A stretch of 64,000 nt of DNA from Ascidiella aspersa (lineage: Eukaryota): contig OZ004612.1 of the NCBI GenBank assembly GCA_963924565.1, forward strand, positions 9,424,001 through 9,488,000, written 5' to 3'. Position 1 is the first letter of the stretch. The number at the start of each line of letters is the position of its first letter. The notes beneath the pieces are model-generated. The model did no database searches, was not told the origin of the DNA, and saw nothing but the letters and a program-made list of their open reading frames with translations. Both the position numbers and the translations under genes were made by a program. This document shows positions 25,501 through 38,585 of the stretch, piece by piece.

Positions 25501-28252
25501 TGGGGCGGCCTAATGTCGCGAGACGCTTCGCGAGTGGGAAAGACATCCGACCCACTCCTGTACAGCGATTCTGATACATTGAAGCACCCCTCCCAATGAC
25601 GGACAGCAGCTGGCACGGTAAGGCTTTTGAGAGCTGGAACTCGTCTGGTGCTTTACAGAATCGAGTGGGCGTTGCGGTTGGCCATTTTCTGGCAACATGC
25701 GGCCTGTTTGGATTTTTTTGGAAGACGGGAAATATTTATCGAGTTGTTTTCGTTTTTTTTTAGAGTGTTTTGTTTTCTGTTGGCACATCCTGCATTGTCG
25801 GCCACACGAGATGTAACTGACGCTTTTCTTTTGTCCAATGGGATCTGGTAACGGTTTCCAAGGAAGCTTCACACGGAACTTTTCTACGAATTTTGACTAT
25901 ACAGTTACACACACTTAAAAAAATCGTTGCAGTTAAATCACATAAACAGTTTGTTCAGGACAAACAAATAACACAAAAACACCACCTTCTATTATTCTAA
26001 CCATCACCTTCAATCTTTCTAAAGTCTTTCCTAACTTTTCAGTCTGCGACCATTTTCAATTTATAAGACGTTTCTCGACCCTTTGAGTTAGGGGCAGAAA
26101 ATGTTTCGTTGTGTACTTATGCACATTTTTGTTAAAATAAATTGCCACTTACTGGGATATCTCGTTTTACTAGTTTTACTACGATTGCAAATCGAAAGTC
26201 ATTTCAGGTCTCATTTATATAAATATGACAGTTTTTGTGAAGTTGATGTATAGTCGTACTCGTGACCCCTTAAACTCGTTGTACACCCCCATGCAGTTCA
26301 GGAATCCTTGTTTTAACCGGTGCGTTTGTGAGATCAAGAATCAAAAGGCCAACCGTCAAGCCCGAGCCTTCAGCCAAACCACATATTTCGGTCGGACGTC
26401 AAGCGAACTAAAAACGTGTGTCACTTTCCTCGCTTGTATGTAAACAAACACAGCCTCTTGCCACAAGGCAATGCTCACGAACGGCGCGCGACTTCGGCGA
26501 CCTTGGCAATCCTTCGGTCCATTAACCTTTCCCTCGCGCGCTCGTTATCGCAATAAACAGGACGGAAACGTAAATAGCGACGCGGAGACCGAAAAGCGAA
26601 CTTACACGTCATAAGAAAATCCCAAGTTTTATTACATCTTATCATTTATTGGAGCCTCAGCGAAGCTCAAACGAAGAATGTTGAAAGTAAATGATCTCAT
26701 GCGATAAAGTCAATATTAATCAAACTCAATCAGAATTTTATGCATATGGGAAATTTCTTAAATACGAAAGTGATTTAGCCAAACAGTTAAAAGTTACTTG
26801 AGTCGTCAGCAACTCCTAACCTTCTTAGACGTGTTTTTTCGTCTTACTTTTTGTCGCAGGTATCGAAAGTTTAAAAAGCCACAATCCAACAAAAAATATA
26901 TCACTTGTGTATCATTGTGTTTCCTGGTCGTATTTTGACAAAGCGACATTCTTTCCAGCAAATATTGTATTTCCGTCCTATAGAACAGTCGTTCTCAAAC
27001 ATTTAATTTTTAAGCTAACATACATCTATTGCTTTCCTGAAAAAAGAAGAACCCTATCAATTTTTTGGCACAAAGAACATGAAAAGTACAATATGCATTA
27101 CTGTCACGTTTCAACCCAATCGCCAAAGCAAATAGGCGTGCATGCATTTTTTAGTTACCCATAGCCGGAAAACTCTTACTCGAAAAATTGAAGAACTGTT
27201 TGAAGGAACCGGCGCCAAATGACCCCCTCCGACCCCTCCATAACTGCGGTGGGGCGTGTGGGGACCTTGCAAGCACATCGGGGTGTCAGTCAGCGCCAGA
27301 AAACCTCTTGCGCTTGTTATTTTGCCCAGCGGTCTCTATAGCGTGGGCACGCAATCTTTTTTTTTAACATGTTTTTGTTATCTTTTAAAAAAACAAGGCT
27401 AAGAAAAATGTGTAATAACCGCCAAAAAAATCTCATATGATGCAAACGTTTAAATAGGAAATAGTTTTTTTTATGAAATCTGCAGTAAAAGGTTTTGTGA
27501 CATTGTTAGCTATTTCGAAGCTTAATTAATAAAAAGACGATAAAAGCAAGGAAAACAAATTACAATAGGAAAGCTTTTAGGCAGCTAACGACCATTAATT
27601 TTGTGTATCGCCATATACTTCCTCTTTTTATAGCCGAATATTGCTCGGAAGTTTGCACAGAAGATAACATAGTCGGGGCACTTTCGGCATATTTGCATTG
27701 ATAAAGGACATACCTTGCACATAAAAGGACGCAATTCACAAATATTTTGCAATTTCGAAGCATGTTGAAAGAGAAGCAACCAGCTCGCACACACAGCAGC
27801 GTGGTGTATCTGTTGCCGGCTGAATAAAACGGAGCATCTTCTGTCAGTCTTGTCTTTGGAGCGAGAGGCCGACGAAAGAAGACTTGACGGCGGTGAAAAC
27901 TGACGAGGGTTCAAGTTTGCCAAAACACAGCACCCCGTTCACGGTAGCGAGCCCTTTGTCGAATTATCTCTTAAGCCCTGATGAGCGGGGCGCTAAGCAT
28001 ACTGCCAGATACTATCGCGAGTCCTACCGAGATTTCTGTTTTTTCCGCACTTATTGCACACACATGCGTTCGGCATTTTAGTGGCGTTTAAGCTGCGTGA
28101 GATTTAGTTTTTGGGTAAGGCAAAATACCAAGAGCACAAGGCGATCACAGTAAGCAGCATACCCCAAACTGTTGTTCGCGAATTCTAAGGAATCTTTCAG
28201 CCGGTCCGTACTATTACTCTTAATTTTTAAGGTTTATTTAGGTAAATTGTAT

Positions 28253-28708
28253 TAGCAACAATAAAGCTGAAAATATTAGAAAGGCGTGTTTTTTAAAATT
28301 AATTTAGGTAAATTGTATTAGCCGGAACGTCTCTATTTTAAAGTCATTTTTTTATCAAATAATCGAACAGTATTTGATAAGTTGAGTTTGTAAAGCTAGT
28401 GATTTAAATGTTACAGTAATAATGTACTGTGTTTATTTTATTTTCTAAAATTTCATACAGGGTCCTCCTTTTCTTAAGAAATCTAAATGGGTACAGGTTA
28501 AAACAATGAACACTGTATTAATAGGAAGTAAAAATACAAGAACAAAAGTACCTATCAGTTTTTGCCTAAGTTAAAAAGTCTTATGGTACAGACCTTTCCC
28601 TCGTTTTGCAAAGGTGATCTTTTGAAAGAACAAAATACCAAAATTGTCCACATATCGTAAAAAGATTTTTAAACACGCCTTTCTAATATTTCAGCTTTAT
28701 TGTTGCTA
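28253..28708. repeat. ~38-bp inverted repeat pair, arms ~380 bp apart
   Basis: TAGCAACAATAAAGCTGAAAATATTAGAAAGGCGTGTTT at ~28253 and its reverse complement (1-nt indel) at 28671-28708. Confidence 0.8.
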
Positions 28709-31342
28709 TTAAACTTAAACCTCACGCATTTGATACTTAAAATTTCGTAACGTTTGCCTGTAAAACAGATATTCCGAACTATTCTGACTATATAGCTTAA
28801 CTAGTCAAAATAAGCACGATCATTTCGCTTTCATGAAACTCAAAATACACCGCACAACCCCTTGAAATAGCCAGCGCAAATATTACGCAAAACCCGTTGA
28901 AGTACCTGCGCCCTGTTTACCGCCCTAAGGCGACCCCTTTTCACCCATCGAGCCCCGGGGCAGCGACCCCCTCTTTTATGTCGCTTTCGCCAGATTAGGA
29001 TTAGACCCCTGCGCAAATACTAACGGCTATTAGCTCAGTTCGTCTGTCGCCAAGCGCTCTGTTGGGTTCGTGCCTTAACTAAACGTTTACGCGCTGGGTT
29101 TAAATGACGGTAGCATCGTGTAAATATTGGCAGTGCTGTAATGGCTTAATCACTGTTTTTTATTTAATTTAATATATTCGTTTCGTTGAACCATTTGTTT
29201 TGAATCGGGTACCTGTGCAATTTCATTGGTGTGACTTTGAATAATTTAAACCAAAAAATCAAGTTGATAATTGGATGTTTTTTAAAGCGATAAGATGCTT
29301 TGTTAGAAATACTATTTTGTGCAGGGTGCGTCTATTTTCGCCAAAAACAAGTATATGGAGTCTAAATTTTACGTGAATTAATGTATTGCTGTAAATAGTA
29401 CTAAAACTCGATATGTTTATACTCCATTCTGGTAGCGCCGCTTGTATTAACCTAAACAAAGCAAACGAGAAATACGACCGGTAGCTTAAGCGCCACTCAA
29501 AGAAATGCAATTAGGCTTTCAATTGCGCCCAAACGGCGAAACGCGCTGCGCCCCTGGAACAACCGGCTATTGTTACGAACCAATGCGCGCGAACTGCATA
29601 AGAAAAAGTGCGCAAAATATCACGCGGGGGCGGCCTGTTTTGCTGGTAAACCTTCAGGGGCAGTCTGACTACCTGAACAGCGTTCGAAACAGCGGCTTCG
29701 TTGTGTCAGTTTTAGTTAAAAAGCACAATAGGTTGCAAATATGCTTTGAAGATTTATTATAGAACTGCAGAAATAAGCTGCAAGTGTTTTAAAGTAAGGA
29801 TAGACCTAAAAAAACTGTTGAATTGTTGAAATGTGCTAAATCTTATTTTGCTGTGCTAAATGTTTTTTTTCTGTGCTATTTTACTATATATCTGTGTTTG
29901 ATCCCAATCCAACAACGGACAAAAACAAACAGCTTGTTTATTATCCTGAAAGTACCTTAAATATTATGCAAACAAAAAGTGCACTTCAAAATATAATTCG
30001 TTAGTTAGTAACAGGAACAGTTTTTTATCGTCTAATTTAAAAACGCTTAACGTTTTTCAAAAGCGCTGAACGACTGTTAACTTAGCTATGTACTGAAATT
30101 ATCATAATAGATGTTAAACAGTTTCGCGGGACAATTTCACGCCACGGCTGTAAATTTCGCGCAAGCACGCCTGTACAATAGGCCGGGTGACACAAACTTT
30201 CACTGCTATAGTGAAACTTTAGCAGAACTCGTTAATGTGCTTTACAAGGCGCGCATTTAACAGGCATTCCTCGCAACGCTCCGTCGAAAACTGCTTCACT
30301 TCTAGGCGTGACGTCATAATCGCCAGGAGATTAGGGGTGTTTACGATTTGGCGCTGATGGGCTTCGTTCTGCTAATATTTTGAGGGCCGCTTTCTGCTGC
30401 GTTTGGTGAGTTTGCGCGAGAAATCGTGTTTTCCGCCCCGTACGACTATCGTAGCATTTTGATTTTTTTTAAGAAGGTGCTTATAACTTCAGTATTATAT
30501 AAACTTATAAATCGTTATTTATTTTTATTTTAACGACGATTGTAAACAATTGTAGACTGTAGTATTGTTTTATTTTAATCCTTGTGTGGTTGTTGTGCGT
30601 AATTGAAATTCTCAAACGGTTATCATTTGACTTCTCATGACATAATGGATCCTTATCTAAAAATCATTATTGAAAGCAAAATCACAGAAATGTCTGTTTA
30701 CAAATCGTTATTCGATTAAATACCTTTGTACGAAAATGTCAAGAAAATGAAAATAAAAATTTGGACATCTTGAGTGAAATATTCTGACTTTCATTGCAAT
30801 AAACTTTGGGCTTAAATTACTTGAAATGGTATTAGTTTTAAGTGAATTGAGAGATCGATTCAAAGTTTAATAATTTTATTTAAACTCAATATAGTAATTT
30901 GAAGTCTTTGGAATTTTTACATAGGTGAAATATGTATTTTTTCGAGGTTGTATTTCCTAAGATACAAACTGTATTATTAGTATCGGTATTTTTTGTCTTG
31001 CATTGTACGTGCCATATATTTGTCGGTCGCCCATTAAAATTTAGTAATTTGGATAACGCTTCCGAAAATTTTAAATCGCAATAGCGGTGATTCTACTTCA
31101 ATCTAAACGTCTCATAATAATCGCACTCGGTTCGAAAATCGTGAGCAATCGTGGAGCGTCACGCGACTTGCCAACGTTCAACGCCGCCGCCATTTTGAAA
31201 TATGCCTCGCCAAAAGCGACGGTGGCCAACTATTTTCGGATTGCGCGCACCGCGGATTGCTTTGTTACGGCGTTTTGACGATTGCCGGCGAGCGGCGCGC
31301 GCCCAACGCATACCTGCCGAGCAAGTGGGCGAACCGTGTCGG

Positions 31343-31465
31343 CAGCGTTGTAAACAAGTCATTTCGAAATTACTCAAATCCATGTCAAGTCATTTTGAAA
31401 TGACTCAAGTCAAAGTCAAGTCGTTTTTAAAAAAAACTTAAGTCCACATATCAAGTCATTTGTGT
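31343..31465. mobile_element. GACTT-rich transposon family, terminal fragment
   Basis: CAGCGTTGTAAACAAGTCATTT end followed by repeated CAAGTC. Confidence 0.6.
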
Positions 31466-34400
31466 AATGGATTCTTGACGATTTTGTAGCGCCCACAATT
31501 TAAAAGACATTAACTGATAATGCTACAAGCGCGTATCGAAACGTCTCTTGTAAGAGATGGCCCATTTACTTAACCCATTTGACTTTGACATTCATTATCA
31601 AGCTATACATTACAGATCCGCGCACAGCGTACTTTTCAATACACTGTTTTTGTTTCAACAATTTATAAGTCTCTACGACTTTTCGCCTTCAGTACACCAC
31701 GACAAACAAAAAGGGGAAACTAATTTCATTCTGCCACAGTTTAATATCTCGAGGCTTATACCTCGTTGCTAAATACGCAACTAACGGTTTCAGGGTGCTG
31801 GAGATGGGACCTGAACTACTGACTTGTTAGACGTTCCCTGCTGTGCTTTTCATCAATAGGATGAAATTAACTCTACATCGTTGGCCCTTTTTTACCCTGA
31901 AAAATTATCCTTTATAAAAATGGGGTAAAAAAGGGAAGCTTGTTGATTTTTGAAGCGGTCGGGTATATTAGCCTATGTAGTCATAGAAATATTTTTGAAC
32001 AGCCGTTCAAGCCGACCATGTTTTCGTTTCGCCTGCGCGCAACGACATTTGTAAACACGGGTATGGAAATGCAAACAGCGGAGTCCGATTTCGAAGCAGA
32101 ATCGTCGACTTCTTGTTTATAGCTGCGCTGTCGTGTCGAGGAAGTTCGGACGATTTAAAGAACCCTACGCGTGTCGCTCCTGTAAGGTCATGGTTTGCGC
32201 ACGACAACTCCTTAATCAATCAAAAGTGGGTATTTTTACAGAATTGGCGGCAGCTTACGCAACACTCCAGAAACAGTCGTGTGCTCGCAATTTTTTTTAA
32301 AGCTCAAACATAAAACGTATTTAGGCATGTTAGTTCGTGAGTTTAGTCGCTGTTCATTTTTTTATCAAATGTGTCTTACTAAAATTCACTTCGGCCTATT
32401 CTGAGGGGCTTGCCCAATGATTATGATGTTGAGTAATCAAGGCATATAACTGTTTTCCAACGTCTCTTCTTAAAAGATAAATTATATTGAAACTTTTATA
32501 AGCTAATTTAAAAGGTATGTTGTTTGTTTTTGAAATGCTCAAAAAAATGGCAATGATAGAAAATATTGAACGTTTTCAAACGAGTTTATTATTCATGTTG
32601 TTTGTTTATAAAATGCTCAAATAGTGTACATTATATATTAAAATTACCCCAACACGCCATACTTTATTGGCAAAAAGTATTGTTTAATTTGTGAAAATAC
32701 AGTCCATTTTTTCACAGACCTCCAAACGTCGCAGCTATCTCGCAAATTGTAACTTCCCGTGAACGAAAGTTAAACTGTGCTTGCCGGTTACCGAATATCA
32801 CCTTTCCCCGATCTCGCCGTGGGAATTTTTCGATTAAGTCATCGCCGCATATTACGCACAGACAAGTGCTGTGCAGCGACAGAGGGACGCACAAAACAGC
32901 GGATTACACGGTGACTTTTCCGCGATTTAAACCCTAATAGATCCGAGCAAACAAATCGAGTTCGACTGGCGGGTGGAGGGGGTGGGGAGTTGTCAAAGGA
33001 CGCACCTTTACAAACCAACAAGCATTGTGAACGTTGTTTGCGGATGCCCGCTCACAAAAATCCCGGCCACCTAATCCGTGTTAGGGCGGGCAGCCGTTCA
33101 TTCAGCAATCACTCGTCGCTTAATGGCAGCCTAAGTAAACTCGAGTGCTTCGCATGTAACGATTCTCACACGCGCACATAATTCAACCGGTCGAGGGGAA
33201 TTCTGCCGCTGGCTGATGCCACGTACCGTTACGTCATGCCGTGATGGAAAAGTGAGATGTGTATGATTTCTATAGCCGAACAATTTTTATTTTGTAAAAC
33301 ATCCCCCGCCCTGTCTCTTGCTTAAGGTTAACTAAAAACCTCAACTGAAAGTCAAAGGGTTAACTTTTTAATATGGGTAATTATATCACAAAACGAAGGA
33401 TTAAATTCACCATTACAATTGTTCACTTTCAAAAAGTGTGTATAACAATTTAAATTGTTCGAAGTAAATAAATTGTTGTTTTATTTTGCTATAGTTGGAT
33501 TATTTTCCCGGTGACTTTATTTTGCCCATTTTAACTGCGAAAATACATAAGCCTGTATTATGGCTCTAAAAAGTTTTAGTTTATAGTCAAAAGTTTCTTT
33601 TAAAGATTAAATTTACCACCTTTAAAGCCGAAGCCCTCCAGCTGTCAGTTATGTTCCTCTCATGTGACCCATGTTTCGTGAACATCGTTTCCTTCGTGAG
33701 TCACTGTGTTTAGACTTAACTAATTTAACAAATAGTATATGTCAAAATATTTCTTGTATTAACTTTACAATTTTTTTTCTAATGTTTAATTATTCGTAGT
33801 GTTTAGTGTTCAATTGACTACAATAGCTAAAGACGTTTGATGGCAGACATCACGATTTTCAACTCCCAGCTTTAGCGACTGACTTAAACAGCTAACACGG
33901 ACCATTACCGAAAATAAACCTCCAAAATTCGCCCTAGCCGGGAACACATGATGGAGATTCGCACAGCCAGCAGTTCGACTCAGTTTATCGCGTAATGTCG
34001 CTAAGCGGTGTCGGTCTGCACCTTGTGTACACAAGCCGAAGTGGCTGCGTGCGACCGACCGACAATTAAATAGCCGAGGCCGGCGGCCTTTCACACTTTA
34101 CCTTATGCTTGTTTCGCCAAAAAGGCGACGCCAACATTCGAGTCCATTGTCGACTGGTCTTTCTGGCTGAGCTAAACGACTGCGAGTTTGCGTAAAGCTA
34201 CGAGAGCTTAATTACCCCCAAGGACCCACCGCTTTTAGGGGCGATATACTTAGCTGTCGCTGCTTACGCTCGTATAGGCCTGAGATTCGAACCGTGACTA
34301 ATTTATTGAGCTAGTATTACAGCTGACAAACTACCGCTTTTCAATTTTCGCACTTGGCGAAATATTAACGCAGAAGATTTTGCGCTAAAAAAGCTGAATA

Positions 34401-37400
34401 CAAAATGGTGCGTTTTAATAATTTCCCAGTGCCTAATCACTGGGCGTTTGTTCAAATTTCCAGCGAACAGAATAAACACTAAATAGCATTTCTAAGAAAT
34501 GATTTAAAAATAAAGGATTTTATTTTTTTTTTTGAAAATAATATATTTACTTTTTTATACAGTCTGCTTAAGTTTTATTTTATTATTGTGGGCCGCGAGA
34601 AAACAATTACGAAATATAATGCTATTCAATCAAAAGTAATTTGAATGTAAAATAAAATCTATAATATATATATATTTCACTATCGTTTTTTGGGTGGATA
34701 AGTGCTTGAAGTGAGTTTTCATGCGCAGGTTGAATTTTCTCTGTAAAGCGATTCATTCAAACCACATTCTGCATTATCACAACTCTATCAAAACACTTGA
34801 TTCGTTTTTTATTTTTGGCGCAAAGCCGTTACTTGCTCCTTTTCATACAATCTTATGGCGGGCAAAAAATATGAACGACCATCGCTTATCTAATTTTAAT
34901 CTTCCCGCGTAACGCCAAACTGATTTCGAGCGGAGAAACGGAAAACGTCGGTCTTGTTATTTTAGAACCCGTTTCCCCCGCGAAAGGTCGAGGTCTAGTT
35001 TGGGGGACACTGCCCCAGGGGGGTAATCACAGGGGGCCCTGTACCCTGAACCTAAGCCCCATGGCTGCCCCTTAGCTCCCTCCCATTAATACGTTTCAGA
35101 GTTACGAGGCCATGTGTTTTATAACTTGTATTGTAGAATACAGCAAAAGGGACCTGTTTTATTAACTGTAGCTCTCCATACTCCTTAAGATTTAGAGCCA
35201 GCATGTATTATTTTCAATTATTGATTTAGCATATATTATTTCAATTATTGAGCTAGAATGTACTATTTCAATTTTTGGCCGGTTCAACTCAAATTTCTGC
35301 TTTCATTACGACCTTAAAGACCTACACTTATCAAATCCTCCCGCCGCCTCTTATTTCGCAAAGGAAGTCCGCGCCCCCCCTTAGAAAAATACCTCGCGCC
35401 GTAAGTTTTTTTGGGTCGCAGCGGTTCGGGGACGTCGGAAATGGACCGCTTACGAATCTGCGGAAGTACAAAAAGTAAACAAGCGACTTTGTTCGGCGAG
35501 TTGCAACTGTGGCCGCCGGCCGTGGTTCGAGTTTTCAGGACCACCCGCCGCGACCCGCTCTTTCTTTAACGTGCGCGCAGATGTGCCCTGGCAAATACGC
35601 CCGGGCTGTATACTCTGCCAACCCCTCCCCCAGTAAACTGTTTAGCGCACTTTTTATTTGTGTATTTTGCCGCCGCACGGCCGCTCACAATGGCATGATT
35701 TATTTGCCGAGCTTGTCGCGGTCTATATAGCCTCGGCCCACTGGGACGAGGGGAATGTTTTTGTTGCAGCCGCATTTTGGGAAACAGTGATTTAACTCAA
35801 GGCCGGCGCGAGGTGGCCTAATTCGATTACTTAGGCCCGGTACTGGTGAACTTGTCCGCGACGCCCCCTAAGCCCCATCGCTTTACGCGGCACCCCCTCC
35901 CCTGTCCGATACGGTTTTGATAAGTTTCCTCCTGACCGTGACGTCACGCCATTGTGACGTCGCTATCGGGCGAAAAAGCTTGTCGAAATGGCCAATGGAT
36001 CGCGTTCAGAATGTTGTGGCAATAAAAGCTTCTGGGTCCCAAGAAAAAAAAGAAAAGAAAACCAGTGAACTAACCTAAGTGCACGATGCAAACACTGTGT
36101 AGGGTTTTTTTCTTATAGCCTGATTTGGACGATTTTTGCACCGCTTATAACAAATTGGGTATAAGAACAAACTATAGGCGAAAACAAAAAATATTTTTAT
36201 TTTCAAAAATCTTTTTGTCCTTGTTAACCATCAAAAGTGTATCCTCTTTGAATCGTTGTTTTAACGTTGGTAACCACCGAAAATACGTTCCTTCAAACAG
36301 TGTCCAAACAATTGCACAAGCGTCCAGCCAAGTCAAACCAGCATATGTTCGCTTCCAGTAATATGCGCTACAACGGTTCGGCTCGCGACGTTCCGACGGA
36401 TTTGCATCGCATTAAGGAGAACAAGGTTTTTGCCAGCAGCGACTGCTGGACAGGAGAAAGCCCGGACGAAATCCTGGGCGTTTATATGCGCGGAAATTAG
36501 TTAACGCTCCCGTTGTCCTCAATAGAGCGCGCCCGGCTTTATGCAATGCCTATGGACCGAGCAGCCGCCTTCGCTGTTGCGCTATAGCAACGCAGGTGCG
36601 CTTGTTTTGTGTTTGTTTGTGTCTTTTTCGGTCTGCTCGCGAAAAGGCAGGTCGGAGCTAACCCCTCTCGAGGGCCGCCCTTCGCTTAACCCTCCCCCTT
36701 TTGGCCCCTAGCGAGGGTCAAGGCCGAAACACTTTGGCGCTGCCCGCGTCACAATGCCAAGAACGATAAGTCGCGACACTCCGCCCGACGTTACGTCACT
36801 TGAAAGTCGCTCTGGAAACGTTCTCCCAATCTCCTAAATTTAAGAGAAAGATATCAGCGTTAATATATTATACGATAACCTGGACCAGATTGTTTTTAAT
36901 TACGAAGTTTGTTGGTGTTTGGAGTCAAGGCTAGAAGGTTTAATGACCAAGAAGAGCACTTTCGAGTTTATTACGTTTATGTTTATTTTTATTTTTGTGT
37001 TTATTGCACGATCAAGCCATAACTGACCGACAACATAAAATGCGTAAATGTATCATAAATAAAAATGTCAATAATATATGTTGTTGCGTCTAAAAGTTGA
37101 AAGAAGCGGTTATATTGTCAAGGCTTTTGTACAGAAAACAAGCAGCGAATATCATTTCATATGAACAGCTAACACGAAACCGCTGTCCATCAAAAGCCTA
37201 TAGGCTAAAATACAATAATGCCACCTGTCGATAACGGGTATCATGGCGGTAAGAGTACAGTTCAGAACGGCGCATATTTTTGGTCGGGGTTTCTTTGTGT
37301 GCGCGCGCTCAAATAGCGACTTGGGTCAATCGCGGTTTTGTGTATCTCGCCAACCTATTGCGGGGCACCGCGATTGGTACAGCTGCAGCCAACTATACAC

Positions 37401-38585
37401 CCCGTAACCCAATCGGCGCACCCCCAAAGTGCCCCCTGGGTAACAAAGAGCCCCAGTCGCCAGCCACAAACCCAATCGGATCGCGGCCCGGCAATTAATA
37501 GTAAAACTTCTGATCAGTTCTCTTAGCGACCTGGCGAGGTTGAACTGTGCGCCTAGACGCTATAGCAGCCCCCCTTTTTTCCCGGCCGTTTTTTGAGGCT
37601 GGGAGACTCGAGCGCACCAGACTAGCACCAGCGCGACCTTTGCCAGTGCTAATCTAATCGGGCTCCGTCGTCACACTTTCGTTTGCGCGTTGACGGCGGC
37701 TCAGGGACGCAAAGGCGAATAAATTACTTCGTTGAGATTAAAGCCATATTGGCGCTGCCCCATTGGTGGAGGATACAGGCATATCGCCGATGCAGTTTGA
37801 GTTTAGAAATAGTTTTACTGGAAGGCGTGCGATTGTTAGGTTGAAAAAAATTGAATTACATTTAGTGTGAAACGTACGCCAGCTTTTGCAAGGCTTTGTT
37901 ATTATTTCATGCAGCGACCAACATAAATGGCAGCTGCAGTTTTGCCATTTGGTCTGCCAGTATGTTGCACTTTTTAACGGATTCAAATGGAGTGGACACA
38001 GTGGAAAATTATTCTTTATCACAAAAGTGGAAAACTAGAAATACACAATATTTGAAGAAATAAAAATGAAAATGCGATAGTTCACCATACATTTTTCAAA
38101 CGTTCACTTTAAAAGCGTTGGGAAGAATAAGATGGTGAAGTTATAAAACACAGGAATTTATATTTAATAATTTGTTTTGGCGTATTTAATATTAATATAC
38201 TTCAGGTTTTTATTTCTTTAAATATTTCTGAGTCATTCTATCGGCCGTGTTTTTTACATTCTAAATATATCTTCTTCTGGGTTGTTTCGGCGTTAGTCAT
38301 CCAGGAGATGACACTTAGAATTCAGCAAAAAGGACCACCTAATATTTTATTCAAAAAAGCAGCCTGCTGAACATTTATATTTTTATTCAGATATTTTTCG
38401 CCTTAGGGGAACCGATTATCGGCATACGACACCGAGCAAAATCTGCACAAAAAGGCGCCATTGTAACTTGTAGTCCAGTTGTCGGCAACTATCTGGCCAA
38501 ATCAGGGCCGCCATTTTGCACTCGGTCGACTTTCAACCCAGCACAAGAGTTCTCCAAAGATATATAATCGTTAAGCATTAGCATC

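Noticed and set aside
27976-28000. CTGATGAG as a hammerhead core (similar at 12770 and 23138)
   Set aside because: No stem II plus GAAA-NUH downstream.
20358-37526. Many 60-140 aa ORFs in the upstream region
   Set aside because: They overlap on both strands within GC-rich patches, have no domain motifs or consistent splice chain, and are expected by chance.
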